Positions 1 through 10,194 of a stretch of 64,000 nt of DNA are shown piece after piece. Numbering within the stretch: position 1 is the stretch's first letter; each line of letters begins with the position of its first letter. The translations under genes and the position numbers were made by a program. Under the pieces are notes generated by a model. It was not told the DNA's origin. It made no database searches and was given only the letters and a program-made list of their open reading frames with translations. The DNA is from Macrostomum lignano. Lineage: Eukaryota. The stretch is from positions 124,001 through 188,000 of the forward strand of contig NIVC01000273.1 in NCBI GenBank assembly GCA_002269645.1, read 5' to 3'.

Positions 1-290
1 TTGACTGTGAGTCAGCTGTCACTGAGTCTGCCTTGACTGTGAGTCAGCTGTCACTGAGTCTGCCTTGAATGTGAGTCAGCTGTCACTGTGAGTCTGCCTT
101 GACTGTGAGTTTGCCTTGACTGTGAGTCAGCTGTCACTGAGTCTGCCTTGACTGTGAGTCAGCTGTCACTGAGTCTGCCTTGACTGTGAGTCAGCTGTCA
201 CTGAGTCTGCCTTGACTGTGAGTCTGCCTTGACTGTGAGTCTGCCTTGACTGTGAGTCAGCTGTCACTGTGAGTCAGCTGTCACTGTCAG
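1..290. repeat. Satellite, ~32-bp unit (GACTGTGAGTCAGCTGTCACTGAGTCTGCCTT) with shorter variants; runs off the window start
   Basis: Tandem copies visible directly; the TCAGCTG core is shared, inverted, with the arrays at 3225-3352 and 3580-3795. Confidence 0.9.
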
Positions 291-842
291 TCAGCTGCCG
301 CAGAGCCGTTGTCAAGCGGAGTCGTATAAGGCCCCACAGGTCAGTGAAACCGGTCCAGTCCATCATCTGAGAGTAACGCCAGTCTGCTGACAAGAATGAC
401 AAGTTGATTTCTGCGTAAAATCAGCTTTTCTTATTGCCATTTTTCAACTGATCATTGTTCAATTGTTGAACATCAAGCGAAACAGGAGGCTTGAAGGGTT
501 CAATCCAAATAAATATTGAAACTCTATAAATACTACTTGAAGTATTAAGAGCCGCGAATATGCGCTGCTCACAAAAGCACTCACTGACTCCTTCTCAGCC
601 CCGCAGTCAGTAAGCAGGCGAACCCAGTCAGCCCCCCCAGTGCTGCCTTTCACTTCTGCATTTATCGAGGCGATCCCGTTTCCATGGAGATTTTCTATAG
701 GCCTCGGATTCGGCTGAGCGGGCTTACGCGTGAAACTGCTCAAGCAGCCCGTGTCATTGCCTCATCGACTGGTGAGTAGGTGGGTTTAAAAATGACTGAC
801 TGAATGAGATGCGAGAAACAATGACTGCTGGTGCGGGGCCGG

Positions 843-1487
843 TGTTACACTTTAGACTATCCGGGTTTTTTTGTCTGGCCCGGATATCCGAACGCACTTA
901 CAATATCCGCCCGGATACTGCCAAGCAAAAACCTGCTTTGTTTTCTCCTTCCCGGATATCTTGAGCTGCTTTGCATTGTCCGGGCACTTTGATTGTCTCT
1001 CCCGGACATCCTACGGCACTGACTCTGCTATCCGGCCCGGAGATCACAAGAAGGGGAAGTTGTCTTGGGATATCCGACTATGGTTTGAAAGAGAGGGGTC
1101 AGCCTGCGTAGACAGAGGTTTGCTTTAGGACATCCGGCTACTGATATCCGGGGTTAGGAATAGCAAAATTTCGAAATCAATTTTCACAAAGTAGAAAAAA
1201 CTTTTTGCTACTTTTTTAATTGGCAAACATCTGCGTCATTCTTCTTTAACCGAGTATATTTTCAATCACTATTTTGCATTTCACACACTACTCCAAACAG
1301 AAGTAAAATTAAAGCTATTGATACTATACATTGTCAGCCGAAAAACGGTTACTTGATTCACCAATCTACATGTAATTCGATCAATCAAAAACAGGCCATC
1401 CGCTGAATGAAGCGTGAAGTTTTTGCTCTTTTCTCTGATTTTTCTTTTTACGAGCGTAGATTATCTGTGAATAATCTCTCTTTCAAC

Positions 1488-1532
<45 letters not shown>

Positions 1533-2095
1533 ATACAACATCTCTCTATCAACATACTCGTCGTTCAAAAAAAAACACTTGGTTCAGCGATACTTTATCC
1601 ACCGAGAGATAAATTTTCCTAAACGTAGAACTTTGACAAGAAATAAACTCTATATGTCTTAAAAGTTACGTGTAATATTCTCGTAATTTGCGCAACACTT
1701 TCCTTTGTGGGCTATTAGCTCGTACACTGATCTTCATTGCACGTACGCTTGTAATGCTAGCAATGTGACGCCAGTCCATTATCGATTTATTCTTAGACTG
1801 CATCTCATCTGCCCCTGTCTAAGGTGCAGTCAGGGCCCCTTCCCTGGCCTCTGAGTCAGCCCCATTCTCTCGAAATGATGTCCTGCCCCATTCACATGCG
1901 CTTTATCAGGTAAATAACTTGACCACCTTGCCACCCAAATCTTTATTCACCTGGACAGTTTAAAACCCAGGATATTTCAAAGCCCGATTTTGTTGTGCCT
2001 TGGATTATCCAGGGTAGGTTATCGCAAAGCGACAATAATTTTGCTTTGCGATGTCCCCGGATAAATTAAGACCCCGGAGAACAGAAAGCCTAACA
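843..2095. mobile_element. Non-autonomous element with TGTTA...TAACA ends and CCGG target-site duplication (Ginger1-like; solo LTR is the alternative)
   Basis: CCGG at 839-842 and 2096-2099 flank TGTTA/TAACA. The right foldback arm has a single CCGG at the matching position. Many TATCCGG subterminal repeats; no ORF; internal (CT)n at ~1491-1528. Confidence 0.6.
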
Positions 2096-2146
2096 CCGGG
2101 AGTTTTTTACTGGGAACGCAGCATCTCAGCAGGGTGAACTGAAGGG

Positions 2147-2443
2147 GCATTCAAGGCAGCAGCCTGAGCTGTAGTTCACCCTGCTGAGATGCATTCAAGG
2201 CAGCACCTCTGAACTGCAGTTCACCCTGCTGAGATGCATTCAAGGCAGCACCTCTGAACTGCAGTTCACCCTGATGAGATGCATTCAAGGCAGCACCTTT
2301 GAGCTGCAGTTCACCCTGCTGAGATGCATTCAAGGCAGCAGCTCTGAGCTGCAGTTCACCCTGCTGAGATGCATTCAAGGCAGCACCTCTGAACTGCAGT
2401 TCACCCTGCTGAGATGCATTCAAGGCAGCAGCCTGAGCTGTAG
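2147..2443. repeat. 45-bp tandem array, ~7 units, at the centre of the foldback
   Basis: GCATTCAAGGCAGCA recurs at 2147, 2191, 2236, 2281, 2326, 2371 and 2416. Confidence 0.9.
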
Positions 2444-2902
2444 TGCTGAGATGCTGCGTTCCCAGTAAAAAAGGCCCGGCCCCGCACCAGCAGTCATTGT
2501 TTCTCGCATTCATTCAGTCAGCCATTTTTAAACCCATCTACTCACCAGTCGATAAGGCAATGACACGGGCTGCTTGAGCAGTTTCACGCCTAAGCCCGCT
2601 CAGCCGAATCCGAGGCCTATAGAAAATCTCCATGGAAACGGGACTGCCGGGATGAATGCAGCACTGTGTGCTGACTGAGTTCGCCTGCTTACTGACTGCG
2701 GGAATGAGGAGTCAAGTGAGTAGGTTTTTTAGCGCGTATTGGCGGCTCTTAATAATACTTCAAGTAGTATTGATGGAGTTTAACATGTGTTTCGATGGAT
2801 TATTTTAAGCTCCCTGTTACGCCTGATTTTCAACAACTTCCATCAGTTGAAAAATGGCGCCAAGAAAGACTGATTTAACGCTAAGTCTCGTAAGCAGACC
2901 GG

Positions 2903-3150
2903 TGCTACACTTTAGACTATCCGGGTTTTTTTGTCTGGTCCGGATATCTGAATGCACTTACGATATCCGCCCGGATACTGCCAAGCAAAACCTGCTTTGT
3001 TTTCCTCTTCCCGGATATCTTGAGCTACTTTGCAATGTCCGGGCACTTTGAGGTGTCTCTTCCGGACATCTTACGGCACTGACTCTGTTATCCGGCATGG
3101 AGATCACAGGAAATGGAAGCTGTCTTGTGACATCTGACTGTAGGTTGAAA
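2903..3150. mobile_element. Truncated second copy of the 843-2095 element (left end only)
   Basis: Direct repeat of ~843-1097, again starting TG immediately after CCGG (2899-2902). Confidence 0.65.
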
Positions 3151-3224
3151 GAGAGTTGTTGGACTGGACCGGTTTCACTGACCAGTGAGGCCTTGCGACT
3201 CCGGCTTGACAGCGGGTCTGCGGC

Positions 3225-3795
3225 AGCTGATTGACAGTGATGACAGCTGACTGACAGTGACAGCTGACTGACAGTGACAGCTGACTGACAGTGACAGCTG
3301 ACTGACAGTGACAGCTGACTGACAGTGACAGCTGACTGACAGTGACAGCTGACTGTAGGCACCTGCTGCCCAGTGCTTGCATAATAAGTGATTTTAGTCC
3401 TGTTGTGCATTTCCGATGTACAGCCAATATTCTTGGCTTTCTGTTTTTAATGTACGCAGTCTCAACTGCAGGGTCGCTGCTAAATATATAAATTGATCGC
3501 ACAGAGCCTACAATAGATTGAGGCTTTATCGGCTACACACAACACATAACTTTCTCTCTCTCGGCTTCGCTCTCTACACTGACTGACAGTGACAGCTGAC
3601 TGACAGTGACAGCTGACTGACAGCTGACTCACAGTGACAGCTGACTCACAGTGACAGCTGACTCACAGTGACAGTGACTGACAGTGACAGCTGGCTGACA
3701 GCTGACTCACAGTGACAGCTGACTGACAGCTGACTCACAGTGACAGCTGACTCACAGTGACAGCTGAATCACAGTGGCAGCTGACTCACAGTGAC
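3225..3795. repeat. 17-bp satellite blocks (TGACAGCTGACTGACAG and variants) at 3225-3352 and 3580-3795
   Basis: Tandem units visible; the 17-aa periodicity of overlapping ORF calls equals three 17-bp units. Confidence 0.9.
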
Positions 3796-4642
3796 AACTA
3801 ATGATTGCCCAGCCTTCACTGAATACTTCACTGAAAGGAAGGAAAGGGACCTTTGTTTAAGCCATTCTGATGCACTTGCTTACAGAGAGTGGGGTAATTA
3901 AATAAGGAATAATCTAGTGAAAGCACTTCAATTCGTGAACTGACGTTGACGTTAAACTCCACCCACCCACGCCATGTTACCGACCAGCCGGAGTGCATAA
4001 GAGGGGGCGATTTTGAGCTGATTCTGAATGGGAGAGAACAATAAGAACAGGACCATCATATCGCAAGCTTTAATCTCCACAACGGATCTTTGCGACGGAT
4101 TCAAAGTGCAAGTACAACAGTACGCTCGTATGAGGGCAACCGATTTAACACAATTCGGCGCTTTTACACTGACTGCTAAAGGTGAGCTGAAGCTGGGCAT
4201 CCCGGGCTTTAATTTGAACTCTAATGGGAGAAACTGAAGCAACTGAGGCGCCAACTTGTGCACTCCGCACTCAACCGGCACATCGTCACCGGCTCACCGC
4301 CAACCTTTGCTTCGGCAAGCACGTGGAAGTCAGGCGGGGAGCAATCTGGTTGAAGCGGCTCGGCCAAAGAGATTACTTTGGCTGTGCAAATAGTCTACAC
4401 TAATTTTTTCTTTTAAATTTTGTTTCAATTTTTTGATACGTTTCTTTTTTTGTGGTGAGTGAAGGCATTGAGTGAAGAGGTCCGATTGGTCGATGTTTGC
4501 TTTTATATAGCCAGCGGTTTAGAGCGTAGAAAGTTCTAGAACGCATGCTCGTGCATTCCTGGAGCCAAGCACGCGCGCGAAGGCGAGGAAAAAATCGATA
4601 TAGCTGAGTGTACGATCTTTGGTCTCGGAGGAAAGCACGGGC

Positions 4643-7620
4643 TTGATTTAGGGCCAGATTGTGAAGAATTTCGGCCTTAAGTGGTGAGGCCAGATTGTGA
4701 AGGATTTCGGCCTTGAGTTAGGGCCAGATTGTGAAGGATTTCGGCCTTGATTTAGGGCCAGATTGTGAAGGATTTCGGCCTTGATTTAGGGCCAGATTGT
4801 GAAGGATTTCGGCCTTGAGTTAGGGCCAGATTGTGAAGGATTTCGGCCTTGATTTAGGGCCAGATTGTGAAGGATTTCGGCCTTGAGTGGTGAGGCCAGA
4901 TTGTGAAGGATTTCGGCCTTGAGTGGTGAGGCCAGATTGTGAAGGATTTCGGCCTTGAGTGGTGAGGCCAGATTGTGAAGGATTTCGGCCTTGAGTGGTG
5001 AGGCCAGATTGTGAAGGATTTCGGCCTTGAGTGGTGAGGCCAGATTGTGAAGGATTTCGGCCTTGAGTGGTGAGGCCAGATTGTGAAGGATTTCGGCCTT
5101 GAGTGGTGAGGCCAGATTGTGAAGGATTTTGGCCTTTAGTGGTGAGGCCAGATTGTGAAGGATTTCGGCCTTGAGTGGTGAGACCAAATTGTGAAGGATT
5201 TTGGCCTTGAGTGGTGAGGCCAGATTGTGAGGGATTTCAGCCTTGAGTTCGGGCCAGATTGTGAAGGATTTCGGCCTTGATTTAGGGCCAGATTGTGAAG
5301 AATTTCGGCCTTAAGTGGTGAGGCCAGATTGTGAAGGATTTCGGCCTTGAGTTAGGGCCAGATTGTGAAGGATTTCGGCCTTGATTTAGGGCCAGATTGT
5401 GAAGGATTTCGGCCTTGATTTAGGGCCAGATTGTGAAGAATTTCGGCCTTAAGTGGTGAGGCCAGATTGTGAAGGATTTCGGCCTTGAGTTAGGGCCAGA
5501 TTGTGAAGGATTTCGGCCTTGATTTAGGGCCAGATTGTGAAGGATTTCGGCCTTGAGTGGTGAGGCCAGATTGTGAAGGATTTCGGCCTTGAGTGGTGAG
5601 GCCAGATTGTGAAGGATTTCGGCCTTGAGTGGTGAGGCCAGATTGTGAAGGATTTCGGCCTTGAGTGGTGAGGCCAGATTGTGAAGGATTTCGGCCTTGA
5701 GTGGTGAGGCCAGATTGTGAAGGATTTCGGCCTTGAGTGGTGAGGCCAGATTGTGAAGGATTTTGGCCTTTAGTGGTGAGGCCAGATTGTGAAGGATTTC
5801 GGCCTTGAGTGGCGAGGCCAGATTGTGAAGGATTTCGGCCTTGAGTGGTGAGGCCAGATTGTGAAGGATTTCGGCCTTGAGTGGTGAGGCCAGATTGTGA
5901 AGGATTTCGGCCTTGAGTGGTGAGGCCAGATTGTGAAGGATTTCGGCCTTGAGTGGTGAGGCCAGATTGTGAAGGATTTTGGCCTTTAGTGGTGAGGCCA
6001 GATTGTGAAGGATTTCGGCCTTGAGTGGTGAGGCCAGATTGTGAAGGATTTTGGCCTTGAGTGGTGAGGCCAGATTGTGAAGGATTTCGGCCTTGAGTGG
6101 TGAGGCCAGATTGTGAAGGATTTCGGCCTTGAGTGGTGAGGCCAGATTGTGAAGGATTTTGGCCTTTAGTGGTGAGGCCAGATTGTGAAGGATTTCGGCC
6201 TTGAGTGGTGAGGCCAGATTGTGAAGGATTTCGGCCCTGAGTGGTGAGGCCAGATTGTGAAGGATTTCGGCCTTGAGTGGTGAGGCCAGATTGTGAAGGA
6301 TTTTGGCCTTGAGTGGTGAGGCCAGATTGTGAAGGATTTCGGCCTTGAGTGGTGAGACCAGATTGTGAAGGATTTTGGCCTTGAGTGGTGAGGCCAGATT
6401 GTGAGGGATTTCAGCCTTGAGTTCGGGCCAGATTGTGAAGGATTTCGGCCTTGATTTAGGGCCAGATTGTGAAGAATTTCGGCCTTAAGTGGTGAGGCCA
6501 GATTGTGAAGGATTTCGGCCTTGAGTTAGGGCCAGATTGTGAAGGATTTCGGCCTTGATTTAGGGCCAGATTGTGAAGGATTTCGGCCTTGATTTAGGGC
6601 CAGATTGTGAAGGATTTCGGCCTTGAGTGGTGAGGCCAGATTGTGAAGGATTTCGGCCTTGAGTGGTGAGGCCAGATTGTGAAGGATTTCGGCCTTAAGT
6701 GGTGAGGCCAGATTGTGAAGGATTTCGGCCTTGAGTGGTGAGGCCAGATTGTGAAGGATTTCGGCCTTGAGTGGTGAGGCCAGATTGTGAAGGATTTCGG
6801 CCTTGAGTGGTGAGGCCAGATTGTGAAGGATTTCGGCCTTGAGTGGTGAGGCCAGATTGTGAAGGATTTCGGCCTTGAGTGGTGAGGCCAGATTGTGAAG
6901 GATTTTGGCCTTTAGTGGTGAGGCCAGATTGTGAAGGATTTCGGCCTTGAGTGGTGAGGCCAGATTGTGAAGGATTTCGGCCTTGAGTGGTGAGGCCAGA
7001 TTGTGAAGGATTTCGGCCTTGAGTGGTGAGGCCAGATTGTGAAGGATTTCGGCCTTGAGTGGTGAGGCCAGATTGTGAAGGATTTTGGCCTTTAGTGGTG
7101 AGGCCAGATTGTGAAGGATTTCGGCCTTGAGTGGTGAGGCCAGATTGTGAAGGATTTCGGCCTTGAGTGGTGAGGCCAGATTGTGAAGGATTTCGGCCTT
7201 GAGTGGTGAGGCCAGATTGTGAAGGATTTTGGCCTTTAGTGGTGAGGCCAGATTGTGAAGGATTTCGGCCTTGAGTGGTGAGGCCAGATTGTGAGGGATT
7301 TCAGCCTTGAGTTCGGGCCAGATTGTGAAGGATTTCGGCCTTGATTTAGGGCCAGATTGTGAAGAATTTCGGCCTTAAGTGGTGAGGCCAGATTGTGAAG
7401 GATTTCGGCCTTGAGTTAGGGCCAGATTGTGAAGGATTTTGGCCTTGAGTTAGGGCCAGATTGTGAAGGATTTCGGCCTTGAGTTAGGGCCAGATTGTGA
7501 AGGATTTTGGCCTTGAGTTAGGGCCAGATTGTGAAGGATTTCGGCCTTGAGTGGTGAGGCCAGATTGTGAAGGATTTCGGCCTTGAGTGGTGAGGCCAGA
7601 TTGTGAAGGATTTTGGCCTT
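4643..7620. repeat. Minisatellite of 36-bp (TTGAGTGGTGAGGCCAGATTGTGAAGGATTTCGGCC) and 34-bp variant units, roughly 80-85 copies
   Basis: Contiguous tandem units with no spacers; diagnostic variant blocks recur at ~5229, ~6403 and ~7293. Confidence 0.97.
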
Positions 7621-8312
7621 GCGGTTTTTTATGCATAAAATACTTTGAGCATTACTGAAATACTCTGATTTTTTAAGCATTATAATGTAAAGTCAAGCTA
7701 TTAGCTATTAGCTATTAGTTATTACTCCATACAAATGGAATCAGTGAGGTTTGAATACCAGATTTGATGTTTTTAGTTGCATTTGATCTAAGGGGCATTT
7801 TGTTGTTCTCGAGAATGGGGGTGGTTGTCTACTTTATCACCCTTAGATGAGCGGTTGTAAGTATTGCACTGGGATAGCTAATTTTAAATATAAGAGCTTT
7901 GTGTGACAAAAAGATTTTAGTAGATGTTGATCCAAGGGGGATTTGGTTGTCCCAGAAGCCCAATCATGACAAGTACGAGTATGAATATTATCCCGATTAG
8001 ATCTCAGTAGTTGAAAGTATTGCGATGGGGTTGGTTGGTTTGAGGTGTTAGGGCATTTTGTGTAATATGACGGTGCAGACTCCCCATGTTGCTCACGCAA
8101 ACGAGCTTCGATTTGTATGTATGGCATGTATGGCTTCGCTTGAAACTGACATAGTCGCACAGGGGTGATGAAGAAAAAATGCTGTAGATTCGAGCTAAGC
8201 AAGAGTGGCTTCAAAAATTTCTGCTTAAGTAGGGGACATAGTATGTCTATGGTAACAACTAAAATCAATTTAAGAGAAGTCTCATGTGCTGAAAAAATTA
8301 TGCAGTGACAGA

Positions 8313-8333
8313 ACTTTTTGATCGCCCCTCGTA
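8313..8333 (-). mobile_element. Possible lone Tc1/mariner-type terminal repeat
   Basis: Minus strand reads TA-CGAGGGGCGATCAAAAAGT, resembling mariner ends, exactly where the PolB remnant stops. No partner end found. Confidence 0.35.
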
Positions 8334-8835
8334 TGTTTGGGCTCGAAAGTTTTCAAAGGCGTCAGCCAGTAATAAAATATCTGCTTTAAGACAAACATGG
8401 GGCCGTATGCAGAAAGCCTAGTCCAGACTAGCTAGTCCGGACTTGGGTAGTTCAGTCTATAGTCTATGGTCTAGCTAGCCTAGTTCTGCTATAGTAGACT
8501 GGTCTAACTTTGTGTTTCTGCATACCAAATCCAAGTCTAGACTAGCTTTTGAAGACCGGACTACCCTAGACAGAGCTTTCTGCATACGGCCCATAGTGAT
8601 AGTCTTTTAGAGTTTCGCAGTTAAAGTGGTTCCATTTTTTCCCACGTATTTATACGCTCGTATTCGTCTTCAGTAATTGAAGATTGAGTTCGTTTGGAAT
8701 AAAACTTTTCGATTAAGGGTAATTTTTTCGTTGATTACCTCACCTGATGTTATGTTTTCATATGGATAAAATCACTTTCCTGTTAATAGCAGTAATTCCA
8801 CATGGGATAGTGATTGTTGTTAGCGAAAATATTTT
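8334..8835 (-). pseudogene. polB: Decayed Maverick protein-primed PolB fragment
   Basis: Manual translation gives GK*FYPYENIT...LPLIEKFYSKRTQSSITEDEYER...FNCETLKDYH[MITE]VCLKADILLLADAFENFR, colinear with the PolB at 58.0-58.2 kb. Confidence 0.75.
8400..8592. mobile_element. 193-bp MITE (PIF/Harbinger-like ends) inserted in the PolB remnant
   Basis: 18-bp perfect TIR GGGCCGTATGCAGAAAGC / GCTTTCTGCATACGGCCC. Flanks ATG and ATA fit an imperfect 3-bp TSD. PolB motifs resume on both sides. Confidence 0.75.
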
Positions 8836-8889
8836 GTAAGTAGAATGCATGAGGGGGCTTCTAAGACAATTTTTTTCACGTGTTATAAT

Positions 8890-9003
8890 CCTAATACCTA
8901 ATCTCCTAATCTCCACCTCCTAAACCCAACTTCCATCTCCTAATCTCCTAATCTCCTAATCTCCACCTCCTAAACCCAACTTCCATCTCCTAAACCTAAT
9001 CTC
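8890..9003 (-). repeat. GGAGATTA/TTTAGG-rich degenerate repeat at the polB 3' end (also at 59140-59232)
   Basis: CCTAATCT/CCTAAA units; a homologous tract follows the other polB copy. Confidence 0.7.
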
Positions 9004-9770
9004 CAGTGCCCGAACGGTAGACTGTTAATATTGTCATCAAAAATGAATCTCTTGTTATCTGCACCCGACAGTCCAATCTTCTTTTGCTGAATTGTGTGAA
9101 TAATATGGTTTTTAGATTGTAGCTTTGAGAACTCATGTGATGTATTTTTGTTGCAATTCAAGGCGTCTCTGTATTCAGCTTCATTAATTTCCTTCCTAAC
9201 CACGCGTTTCTGAATTCCCTTTGATTTTTTTATTGGGTCTGACGACTCACATTTTACAAAATAGGACTTTGCTCTCAACCCAATGAATTCAGTGATTATG
9301 TCACCAGCAATCTCGTCCTTCATTTTCCCAATCACTTTCTTGTTAGTGGCGTCAAACACTTGATCGCCATTCTGTGTCCTGCAAGATTCATCATACTCAG
9401 ACAAGTCAAACAAATATTTTTGCTGCAGCATGTCCTGATAAATGTCTTCTGTTTGAATGTCCATAATAAAACTGTCTGTGTCGGTGTACAAGAGTTTCAT
9501 TTTATCCTTGTACTGCTGCTTCATGCCATAGAAGAACTGGTACATCAGACGTTTTGATTCGTCGAGAACAGTGACACCTGTATAGATCGGCTTGCGCAGC
9601 GTCACCTTGGTTTTGTAAAATATGATCACACCTAAGTAGCTATTAAAGATGTGGAGTTCTTTGAATGTTGGCTTTGACGTATTTGCCTGAATAACAGCAG
9701 GCTCTGATGAGGTAACAAGTTTCAGGTTTGTTCTTTTCCGCTCATTCTCAAGAGTCTTGCCATAGACAGA
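8970..9770 (-). pseudogene. polB: C-terminal part of Maverick M4 PolB (5'-truncated by a rearrangement)
   Basis: YGKTLENERKR, YTDTDS, GKMKDE, LRAKSY, KSKGI, DNKR...SLPFGHW. The first ~45 residues of the 318-aa ORF call come from unrelated repeat DNA. Confidence 0.9.
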
Positions 9771-9909
9771 GTAGTAGAATGCATGAGGGGGCTTCTGGGA
9801 CAAAATTTTTAACGTCCTCCATAATCCCATTAAATCCATCAATATTATCCCCGACAGAATCAGAAAAAAAGGGGGGTCGCACTCGCTCACAAAACGTCTT
9901 CCATAATCC

Positions 9910-10194
9910 TGACGCGACGCAGACAAGGCTTGTTTAATTTGAACAATAATGCAGCGAACTGATATATTTGCTGAGTAAATATTACAACGAAGAAAAGCTA
10001 GATTCAGTTATTTAAATACGTTTTGGTATAAAACGATATTTGAGTTATGGATAAAAGTTAGATTTGAAAGTACGCTATGTGCGCATTGATGTACGCATGA
10101 GTGGGGTGGACGCTAGGCATGGTAAGCAGGGCACAAAGTGAGTCAGTTTAATATCTAGCCAGTCAATAGTCAGCGACAACCCCCCAACACGTCA
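9910..10194 (-). repeat. 3' LTR (285 bp)
   Basis: 3 substitutions versus 14107-14391; preceded on the minus strand by the polypurine tract AGGGGGAAGA (10195-10204). Confidence 0.97.

Larger units (their letters stand above)
290..3232. mobile_element. Foldback-like long inverted-repeat structure with a central tandem array and satellite outer arms
   Basis: 290-361 is the reverse complement of 3161-3232. ~385-842 is a diverged reverse complement of ~2475-2898. 2103-2131 is the reverse complement of 2444-2472. Removing the 843-2095 insert makes the left arm continuous. Confidence 0.7.

Noticed and set aside
459-4281. Short ORFs in the first 4.3 kb
   Set aside because: Mostly repeat-derived or non-ATG starts; no family recognised, though 3952-4281 could be a decayed gene.
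4643-7620. 36-bp repeat as a CRISPR array; ORFs 4786-5187 and 7450-7680
   Set aside because: Units are contiguous with no unique spacers and no cas genes; the ORFs are translations of the repeat.
9765-9780. AGAGTAGTAG as a Maverick terminus
   Set aside because: It is the microhomology junction between polB and the 51371-like sequence.
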